Shown piece by piece: positions 7,437-13,841 of a stretch of DNA of 21,148 nt. Position numbers and translations under genes: made by a program. A model generated the notes under the pieces. That model had not been told where the DNA came from and searched no databases. It worked only from the letters and a program-made list of their open reading frames with translations. The DNA lies in assembly GCA_003559395.1 (NCBI GenBank), contig PWLL01000036.1, positions 1 to 21,148 of the forward strand, written 5' to 3'. The stretch is from Candidatus Iainarchaeum sp. (GTDB lineage Archaea; Iainarchaeota; Iainarchaeia; Iainarchaeales; CSSED10-239). Numbering within the stretch: the stretch's first letter is position 1; every line of letters starts with the position of its first letter.

Positions 7437-8708
7437 TTAAATCACAATTCTGCCGTTATTATAAACAAAATGACCTTTAGAAATTACTTTTGTATTTTTT
7501 GCGTTTCTTGGTTTATATTTAATAGTTTCTTTTTTTTCATCAACATCTAAAACTTCACCCAAAAATAAACCATATTTAGAAATTACTGGAAGACCAACAA
7601 ACAACACAGTAACATTTGTTGTAACATCAAACGTTTTAGTTATAAGATGTAACAAATAAAGAAAAATGGTTGCAGTAAATATAGAAAATATAAAAGTGTT
7701 AAAAGAAATGTCATATATTATTAATTGTAAAGCCACATCCACAATTGCAGAAAAAATAACAATCGCAAACAAAGAAAATAACGCTTTTCCAAGAAGATAT
7801 AATTTTTTAAAATAAAACAAATCAATAATGTCACCGATAATAAAAGAACAACCCGATAAAACTAAATATAAAAGAACAGCCCTTATAATATAAACCAGTC
7901 TAAATAACAAATCAAAAGAAATATTTAAAAAATATAGATTTACACCCATGTAGATTGTAAAAATTAAAAAAAACAACCCAGCTAAATTAAAAGGAAAACT
8001 GATTTTAGTTATTGAAAATTTTGAAACCGTGTTCTTTAAAAGAAGTTCAATTTTTGGTTCTAAATTAAAGCCCTTTATTAAAAAAAACAAACCAAAAACA
8101 AGCGTCAAGATTTGAACAGTATATTTAGTACCAATAAAAAAAAGCAACAACAAAATGATTGCAGGAATACCAAAAATGATTCTTGCAAAAACAGGGTCCT
8201 TTATTGCTTTTTTAACAATATAAAAAGTATTTTCAATATTTTTTGATTGTTTTACAATCACAACATCCTTAGAAATGATGGGCACAAAATTTTGAATAAT
8301 TGGAATTACTTGATCATCTTCTGAACCATCACTAACAAAAACAACAGCACTTGCAGAAAATTCTTTAAGAACATCTCTTAATTGAGAAATTATGTTTTTG
8401 TCTGCATAAAAAAGATTCTCTTTAGAATAGCCTGTCAAAGTAGCAACTTCAACAACATATTTTTTTTTAAGAACGTTGTATTTTTTTAAAGAAGCAAAAA
8501 TGGCATTTGCATCAGACTCTTCAGGGTCTGCTAAAATAAGATCAGTGGCTAATTTCAAATTGTTTTCATAACCAACAATGGGCCCAGAAACACCTAATAA
8601 CTTACCAACATCATTATCTCTATCAACTGTTAGAATTAATATTTTTTCTTGTAAATCAGTTGTTGGAGAAACCCCTTTATTTTTGCTTGTTTTTTTTTTA
8701 AGAACCAT
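7437..8708 (-). CDS. DUF373 family archaeal membrane protein (soluble N-terminal domain + ~7 TM helices)
   Basis: ILILTVDRDNDVGKLLGVSGPIVGYENN...LADPEESDANAIF...FVSDGSEDDQVIP is the characteristic DUF373 N-domain, followed by a polytopic region. The track start at 8720 is TTG; I prefer the ATG at 8708 (MVLKKK). Confidence 0.8.
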   Translation of the reverse strand: MVLKKKTSKNKGVSPTTDLQEKILILTVDRDNDVGKLLGVSGPIVGYENNLKLATDLILADPEESDANAIFASLKKYNVLKKKYVVEVATLTGYSKENLFYADKNIISQLRDVLKEFSASAVVFVSDGSEDDQVIPIIQNFVPIISKDVVIVKQSKNIENTFYIVKKAIKDPVFARIIFGIPAIILLLLFFIGTKYTVQILTLVFGLFFLIKGFNLEPKIELLLKNTVSKFSITKISFPFNLAGLFFLIFTIYMGVNLYFLNISFDLLFRLVYIIRAVLLYLVLSGCSFIIGDIIDLFYFKKLYLLGKALFSLFAIVIFSAIVDVALQLIIYDISFNTFIFSIFTATIFLYLLHLITKTFDVTTNVTVLFVGLPVISKYGLFLGEVLDVDEKKETIKYKPRNAKNTKVISKGHFVYNNGRIVI

Positions 8709-8727
8709 ATTTATACACAAAAAATAT

Positions 8728-8737
8728 TTGTTAACAA
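8728..8737. repeat. perfect 10-bp palindrome TTGTTAACAA in the divergent promoter region
   Basis: Read directly. It lies 20-29 nt upstream of the ATG at 8708 (minus-strand gene). Confidence 0.4.
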
Positions 8738-8775
8738 TATATTATATGTAAGTAATTGTTTTTATATATTTTGTT

Positions 8776-8793
8776 TTTGTAAAATTTGTAAAA
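8776..8793. repeat. tandem direct repeat 2 x TTTGTAAAA
   Basis: Units at 8776-8784 and 8785-8793, in the spacer between the DUF373 operon and the SPFH gene. Confidence 0.4.
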
Positions 8794-8840
8794 TTAGCAA
8801 AATATTAAAGAAACAAACAAATAAAAACAGAATAGAGACT

Positions 8841-8853
8841 AATAATTATATAG
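8841..8853 (+). promoter_or_regulatory. TATA-like box (AATAATTATATAG) for the SPFH gene
   Basis: Lies 22-34 nt upstream of the ATG at 8875, with no SD between. Leaderless-type geometry. Confidence 0.3.
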
Positions 8854-8874
8854 AACAGATAAAAAAAGATAGAC

Positions 8875-9861
8875 ATGAACAAAGAACAAAAAATAAAAAA
8901 TAATTTTTTTGCAATCACCTTTTTTATAATTTTATTGATATTAGCTGTTTTTTTTGTAACAGATAAAAGAACACAAGAAATTTCTTTAATAATTTTAGCA
9001 ACAATAATTTTGTTATATTTAGCATTTAGATTTGAAGTCATAATGCAACTAAAAGAATATGAAAGAGCAGTAATATTTAGATTTGGAAAACTAAATAGAG
9101 TTGGGGGTCCTGGTTGGGCGATAATTATTCCAGTAATAGAAAAAGCAGCAAGAACCACACTAAGAACACAAGTCTACGACATACCGCCACAAAGAGTAAT
9201 AACAAAAGACAACATTAAACTAACCATCGACGCAGTGATTTATCTAGCAGTTGCAAAAGAAAAACAAAGCGTAATAAACTCAGTAATAAAAGTAGAAGAC
9301 TATAGAAGAGCATCAACAACCTTAGTTGCAGCAAAACTAAGAGACATTCTTGGTGAATTTGAACTAACAGACGTTATAACAAACATAGAAAAAATAAATA
9401 AAATAATGACAGACACCCTAAAAGAAAATGCAAAAAACTGGGGGATAATAGTCCATTCTGTAGAAATTAGTGATGTCCAGATTCCAGAAGAAATAATACA
9501 AGCCATGCACGAACAAAAAGCTGCAGTTCAAAAGAAATTAGCAGTTTATGAGCTTGCAGAATCTGAAAAAGCAAAAATACTAGCAGTAAAAGAAGCAGCA
9601 GAAAACCTACCAGAAAAAGCAGTAATTTATTATTATATAAAAGCACTTGAAAAGATGGCAGAAGGGGCCTCAACAAAATTTATTTTTCCTATGGAACTAA
9701 CAAGTCTTTTAAATAAAGTATCTTCAGAAATTAACACACCAAAAGATCTTAAAAAAATAAACACCAAAGAAAAAAAGAACTTAGAAAAATATCTACCACT
9801 ATTAAAAAAATACGTAGATATTAACAAAAAAACAAGTGTAAAAAAGAAAAAGAAAAATTAA
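8875..9861 (+). CDS. SPFH/band 7 (stomatin/prohibitin-like) membrane protein
   Basis: N-terminal TM segments, then EYERAVIFRFGKL..GPGWAIIIPVIEK...ITKDNIKLTIDAVIYLAV...ISDVQIPEE, the stomatin signature. Coiled-coil and lysine-rich tail. Confidence 0.9.
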   Translation: MNKEQKIKNNFFAITFFIILLILAVFFVTDKRTQEISLIILATIILLYLAFRFEVIMQLKEYERAVIFRFGKLNRVGGPGWAIIIPVIEKAARTTLRTQVYDIPPQRVITKDNIKLTIDAVIYLAVAKEKQSVINSVIKVEDYRRASTTLVAAKLRDILGEFELTDVITNIEKINKIMTDTLKENAKNWGIIVHSVEISDVQIPEEIIQAMHEQKAAVQKKLAVYELAESEKAKILAVKEAAENLPEKAVIYYYIKALEKMAEGASTKFIFPMELTSLLNKVSSEINTPKDLKKINTKEKKNLEKYLPLLKKYVDINKKTSVKKKKKN

Positions 9862-10457
9862 TCCGAAAAATAATTAATAAACTCTTTTTCAAAACGCTTT
9901 CTTTTTTTCTCATTATCTTCAAATTTTTTATTTGCAATAAAAACAATTTCTTTAAGATATTCTTCAGAAACAAACAAATGATTATCTTTTTTTATTAAAG
10001 TAGATAAAAATACTGTGTTTGTAGCCTCAACAATTGTTTTTCCTGGCTTTGTGCTTATAATCGCAGCACGTTTTAAACCAAAAGATCTAAGAAAATTTAA
10101 AATGTTTGTAGCCAAAGAAAGATTTTTTGTGCCTATGTGAAAAATAAAAGGCTCGACTTTTAACCACAAATAACCTTTATTAAAAACATCTATATCACTG
10201 ATTAGTTCTTCAAAATTGATTTTTCTATGATATCTTTTATGAAAAGAAGTTATTTTTTTATCTTCATCCACATCACTAGACAACAAAACAATTCTTCCAG
10301 AACAACTGCTAGAAGTAAAAACATCTTTTATCTTTGTAATTTTTAAAAGAAAAGGAACGACATCTTCATCAACTTGTTTTTTCTCAATGGCATCATGCAA
10401 AGTTTCAGTGTGGTGCTTTTTTATATTTTCAAAAGTCACGTTTTCTACATTATTCAT
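9858..10457 (-). CDS. taw3: tRNA wybutosine/wyosine-synthesizing protein 3 (Taw3/TYW3 family methyltransferase)
   Basis: DEDVVPFLLKITKIKDVFTSSSCSGRIVLL matches the TYW3 SSCSGR motif. About 200 aa. The track start at 10469 is TTG; I prefer the ATG at 10457 (MNNVENV). Confidence 0.85.
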   Translation of the reverse strand: MNNVENVTFENIKKHHTETLHDAIEKKQVDEDVVPFLLKITKIKDVFTSSSCSGRIVLLSSDVDEDKKITSFHKRYHRKINFEELISDIDVFNKGYLWLKVEPFIFHIGTKNLSLATNILNFLRSFGLKRAAIISTKPGKTIVEATNTVFLSTLIKKDNHLFVSEEYLKEIVFIANKKFEDNEKKRKRFEKEFINYFSD

Positions 10458-10590
10458 ATTAACTACCAAAATATCTTGTTTTTCTTAAATATATAAAAGA
10501 AAGAACACTTTTTTAAGACAATCGTATAACAAGCAAAAAAACACAAAAAACAATAAACACTATATTTAAAATATCTTATAACTATATATA

Positions 10591-10600
10591 TTTATAAAAA
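10591..10600 (+). promoter_or_regulatory. TATA box-like TTTATAAAAA for the 10618 operon
   Basis: Lies 18-27 nt upstream of the ATG at 10618, with no SD. Confidence 0.3.
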
Positions 10601-10617
10601 GATAAAAAAAGATAAAA

Positions 10618-11430
10618 ATGTACAAAAAAATATTTGTGATTTGTTTAATGTTTTGTTGCTTATTGTTTATTCAAGAAACATACGCCTTAAAAATAATGGA
10701 ACAAATAACAGGAGACCTAGAATATAAAAACACAATAGATATTGGACTAACAGCGCCTGGAGAACAAATGCTCATAAGCTTTTTTCAAGGAGTGCACGGA
10801 ACATATACAGAAATAAAACTTTCTGAAGAAAGTAAAGAAATAGGCTTTTTAGAAAATACAAAAAGAACAAAAGAAAGTATATTTACAACCATGAAAATAA
10901 ACGACAGAATAAAAGGAACAAAAAATATCAACCTAATATTAATAGGCAAAAATCAAGAAAGAAAAATAACTTTAAGAACCACCATAACAAACGAAGTTGT
11001 ATACGCGTACTTATTAGAATATGAAAAAACAACAAAAATAGAAGAAAGAAAAACAATACCAATAAGAATAATAAACAAAGCAGCAAGTACAAAAGAAATA
11101 ATAATTAAATCAGATTTTTCAAAACACTGGTTCTTAAAAGAAACAAATATGGAAAAGAAAATGGTATTACAACCACACTCAGTAACAGATGTAGAATATG
11201 AATTTATACCAAGAATAATAGGAAAAACAAATCAAAACATACACATATTATCAGACACAAAAGAACAAAGAGAAATAGAAACAAAAGCCATAACAAAAGA
11301 AATAGAAATAAACGTAATAAAAAACCTAGAAAGTATACAACATACAAAAAAACACTTTTTCACACTCTATGGACTAAATATACTACCAATACATTTTTTT
11401 AATAATTTTTTAAAATATTTTTCTAACTAA
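10618..11430 (+). CDS. secreted/surface protein with Sec-type signal peptide, beta-rich, unknown family
   Basis: MYKKIFVICLMFCCLLFIQETYA|LK is a signal-peptide-like N-terminus. The remainder has alternating beta-strand-like patterns (IPIRIINKAASTKEIIIKSD, VLQPHSVTDVEYEFIP), reminiscent of CARDB/Ig-like sandwiches. Confidence 0.7.
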   Translation: MYKKIFVICLMFCCLLFIQETYALKIMEQITGDLEYKNTIDIGLTAPGEQMLISFFQGVHGTYTEIKLSEESKEIGFLENTKRTKESIFTTMKINDRIKGTKNINLILIGKNQERKITLRTTITNEVVYAYLLEYEKTTKIEERKTIPIRIINKAASTKEIIIKSDFSKHWFLKETNMEKKMVLQPHSVTDVEYEFIPRIIGKTNQNIHILSDTKEQREIETKAITKEIEINVIKNLESIQHTKKHFFTLYGLNILPIHFFNNFLKYFSN

Positions 11431-11448
11431 TTTTAATAAAGAGAAAGA

Positions 11449-12972
11449 ATGAATAAAAAAAAAGAAATAAAAGAATTTTTTAAAGAAGTTGCTTCACAAA
11501 AAATAACCAAACAACAACTAGAAACAAAAAAAGCAGAATTTTCAAAAAAATACAATCTTAAGAAATATTTGTTGACCTCAGAAATAACTAACGCACTCGA
11601 AATTAAAGAAATTCCAGAATATTTACAAACAAAGCCCTCAAGAACACAATCAGGAGTCGTAATCGTAGCCATAATGTCAAAACCAACAAAATGTCCAGGA
11701 AAATGCATCTATTGTCCAAGTGTTAAAAATGTGCCAAAAAGCTATGTTGGTTTTGAACCAGCAAGTATGAGAGCAAAAAGAAACGAATATGATCCTTATA
11801 AACAAATAAAAAACAGACTTAAACAACTAAAAAACACAGGACACCCAACAAACAAAATAGAACTGATTGTTATGGGAGGGACCTTTCCTGCAACACCCCT
11901 AAAATATCAAAAAGAATTTATGGTAGGAGTATATCAAGCAATAACAAACTCAAAAGAAAAAGATTTAGAAAAACTTAAAAAAAAAGCAATGACCTCAAAA
12001 AGAAGACTAGTAGGAATTACCTTTGAAACAAGACCAGACTACTGCACACCAGAGATAATTGAAAGACTTTTATCGTATGGTGGTACAAGAGTAGAACTAG
12101 GCGTGCAAATACTTAACAATAAGATACTTAAACACATAAAAAGAGGGCATAAGATAAAAGAAACAATCACTGCGACAAGACATCTAAAAGAAGCAGGATT
12201 TAAAGTACTTTATCATATAATGCCAGGACTACCTAAAAGTAATTATAAAAAAGACCTAAAAGCCTTTAAAAAAATATTCAACAACAATAATTTTAAACCA
12301 GATATGTTAAAAATATATCCTTGTTTAGTAACAGGAAATACAAAACTTGAGAAAATGTACTATTCAGGAGAATATGTGCCATATGACGACAAAACAGCAA
12401 TAACCCTTTTAGCAGACCTTAAAGAAAACGTGCCCGAGTGGGTAAGGATCATGAGAATACAAAGAGATATTCCAAGCACAAAAATAATTGCAGGACTTAA
12501 TAAAGGAAATATTAGAGAACTTATAAAAAAAGAACTAGAAAAAAGAAAAACAAAATGTAAATGTATAAAATGTAGAGAACCAAAAAATAAAATAATAAAC
12601 ACCAAAAACTATAAACTAAAAATTACAAAATATAAAGCCTCTAAAGGAACAGAATACTTCATATGTGCAGAAGAAAAAAAACATTTGTTAGGGTTTGTTA
12701 GAGAAAGAATACCTAAAAAAACATTTATAAAAAATATAAAAGAAAAAACAGCACTAGTAAGAGAACTACACGTATATGGAAAAACAACAGAATTTGATAA
12801 AAAAAATATACAACATACAGGCATAGGTAAAAAACTACTTAAAAAAGCAGAAAAAATTGCAAAAGAAAAAAACTATGAAAAAATATCTGTAATTAGCGGA
12901 ATAGGAGTTAGAGAATACTATAAAAAACAAGGATACTATTTAGATGGAAACTATATGAGTAAAAAAATATAA
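11449..12972 (+). CDS. elp3: Elp3-type tRNA uridine(34) modification radical SAM/GNAT enzyme
   Basis: SGVVIVAIMSKPTKCPGKCIYCP (Fe-S cluster Cys triad), VMGGTF, ITFETRPD, RVELGVQ, IMPGLP, a KCKCIKC Cys cluster, and a C-terminal GNAT (QHTGIGKKLLKKAEKIA). Confidence 0.92.
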   Translation: MNKKKEIKEFFKEVASQKITKQQLETKKAEFSKKYNLKKYLLTSEITNALEIKEIPEYLQTKPSRTQSGVVIVAIMSKPTKCPGKCIYCPSVKNVPKSYVGFEPASMRAKRNEYDPYKQIKNRLKQLKNTGHPTNKIELIVMGGTFPATPLKYQKEFMVGVYQAITNSKEKDLEKLKKKAMTSKRRLVGITFETRPDYCTPEIIERLLSYGGTRVELGVQILNNKILKHIKRGHKIKETITATRHLKEAGFKVLYHIMPGLPKSNYKKDLKAFKKIFNNNNFKPDMLKIYPCLVTGNTKLEKMYYSGEYVPYDDKTAITLLADLKENVPEWVRIMRIQRDIPSTKIIAGLNKGNIRELIKKELEKRKTKCKCIKCREPKNKIINTKNYKLKITKYKASKGTEYFICAEEKKHLLGFVRERIPKKTFIKNIKEKTALVRELHVYGKTTEFDKKNIQHTGIGKKLLKKAEKIAKEKNYEKISVISGIGVREYYKKQGYYLDGNYMSKKI

Positions 12973-12974
12973 AC

Positions 12975-12979
12975 GTGAT
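12975..12979 (+). promoter_or_regulatory. Shine-Dalgarno-like GTGAT for the wHTH gene
   Basis: Lies 5 nt upstream of the ATG at 12985 and 2 nt after the elp3 stop. Confidence 0.4.
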
Positions 12980-12984
12980 AAAAA

Positions 12985-13293
12985 ATGGTAAACATAAAAG
13001 ATAATTTAGTAAAAACACTTGCAGACAACCCAGAGCTGTATAAAATAGTCAACTCAAAAGACCATATTTCTATTTTAAAAGAGATTTTTAAAGAAAATCT
13101 TGATTTTTCCAATATTAAGAGAAAAACATATATTAAAAAAGATAATATAATATATAATATATTAGAAACACTAGAACAAAAAGAACTAATAAAGAAAATT
13201 GAAGTAAACAACAACATACAATACTACATAACAGAAAATGGAAAAAAACTAATAAACTTGTATGAAGAAGCAAAAAAAGAATATAATATATAA
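12985..13293 (+). CDS. small winged-helix (wHTH) DNA-binding protein
   Basis: 102 aa. The C-terminal half NIIYNILETLEQKELIKKIEVNNNIQYYITENGKKLINLY has the helix-turn-helix-wing pattern of ArsR/MarR/PadR-like wHTH proteins. There is a 12-nt gap after elp3. Confidence 0.6.
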   Translation: MVNIKDNLVKTLADNPELYKIVNSKDHISILKEIFKENLDFSNIKRKTYIKKDNIIYNILETLEQKELIKKIEVNNNIQYYITENGKKLINLYEEAKKEYNI

Positions 13294-13298
13294 ACTAC

Positions 13299-13305
13299 GA
13301 GGTGG
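13299..13305 (+). promoter_or_regulatory. strong Shine-Dalgarno GAGGTGG
   Basis: Lies 4 nt upstream of the ATG at 13310. It is the best anti-SD complement in the window and supports 13310 as the true start rather than 13262. Confidence 0.6.
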
Positions 13306-13309
13306 CAAA

Positions 13310-13660
13310 ATGAAAATATTTTTAGGAGTATTAAGTACAGGAAAAGGAACGTGGGGGCAAGTTGCACACATTATTGATAACACAGAATACGAAAAAGTAT
13401 ATCTTGTATCAAACGAATGGGCACAAGACAAATTTAATTGTTCAAAACCAATAAATTGGATGATAATCGACCCTAGAAAAGGATTTAGTGAAATTTTAGA
13501 CGATCTAAAAGAACAATGGCCAAAAGATCTAAAACAAGTAGACTTAAATATCCATTCAGGAAGCGGAAAAGAACACAGTGCAATATTAGCAATCCTTTTA
13601 GAAAAAAAGATTGAGTTTAATGTTATAACCATAAATGCACAAGGTATACAAAAATATTAA
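13310..13660 (+). CDS. 116-aa Rossmann-like alpha/beta protein with a CARF-like signature
   Basis: Alternating beta/alpha pattern: KIFLGVL, WGQVAHII, KVYLVSN, INWMIID, VDLNIHSGSGKEHSAILAILL, EFNVITI. Ser/Thr follow strand 1, and an N..SGSGK loop follows strand 4. I chose this start because of the SD and because it avoids a 32-nt overlap with the upstream gene. Confidence 0.6.
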   Translation: MKIFLGVLSTGKGTWGQVAHIIDNTEYEKVYLVSNEWAQDKFNCSKPINWMIIDPRKGFSEILDDLKEQWPKDLKQVDLNIHSGSGKEHSAILAILLEKKIEFNVITINAQGIQKY

Positions 13661-13671
13661 AATAAATTCGC

Positions 13672-13676
13672 TTTTT
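13672..13676 (+). terminator. oligo-T (T5) 12 nt after the operon's last stop
   Basis: TAA at 13658-13660, then AATAAATTCGCTTTTT. Confidence 0.25.
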
Positions 13677-13704
13677 AGAAATAAAAATATAGCTATTAAA
13701 GAAA

Positions 13705-13725
13705 CATTAGATAAAAGATCTAATG
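13705..13725. repeat. 8-bp inverted repeat CATTAGAT-N5-ATCTAATG (candidate operator or terminator hairpin)
   Basis: Arms at 13705-13712 and 13718-13725, read directly. The TTAGATA half-site recurs at 13757-13763, exactly 50 nt after its first copy at 13707-13713. Confidence 0.4.
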
Positions 13726-13810
13726 ATTTCTTTAAGTATTTTTATGCAACTGATTCTTAGATAATTAAAAAAAATCACACACATACTTTAAAATACTATC
13801 TTCATTCTAA

Positions 13811-13826
13811 AATAATATATAATATT
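13811..13826 (+). promoter_or_regulatory. TATA-like region (AATAATATATAATATT) for the 1182-aa protein gene
   Basis: Lies 16-31 nt upstream of the ATG at 13842, with no SD. Confidence 0.25.
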
Positions 13827-13841
13827 AAAATCAAATAAAAT

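Noticed and set aside
8690-8699. T10 homopolymer just inside the 5' end of the DUF373 gene (and T9 runs at 4843-4851, 7261-7269, 8460-8468 and 19682-19690) as possible phase-variation tracts
   Set aside because: They simply encode Lys/Phe runs in a genome where AAA/TTT codons dominate. Such tracts are frequent throughout the window, with no sign of frameshifted ORF halves around them.
8709-8720. TTG starts used by the ORF track (8720, 10469, 347, 15)
   Set aside because: In each case an in-frame ATG lies 3-4 codons downstream (8708, 10457, 356), or, for 15, the ORF is open to the window edge. There is no better RBS for the TTG. I kept these as alternatives only.
10468-10577. 10-nt direct repeat AAAATATCTT at 10468-10477 and 10568-10577, exactly 100 nt apart, in the Taw3 / secreted-protein divergent spacer
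   Set aside because: In a ~150-nt spacer of this AT content, one 10-mer repeat is roughly what chance predicts. The first copy overlaps the 5' end of the Taw3 ORF region.
13262-13309. Upstream ATG at 13262 as the start of the Rossmann-like gene (132-aa version)
   Set aside because: It would overlap the wHTH gene by 32 nt and add a basic, unstructured MKKQKKNIIYKLRGGK tail. The ATG at 13310 is preceded by GAGGTGG at ideal spacing.
13249-13632. 127-aa minus-strand ORF covering the Rossmann-like gene
   Set aside because: It is on the T-rich strand in a block where all supported genes are on the A-rich strand. The plus-strand ORF has a strong SD and a regular beta/alpha pattern.
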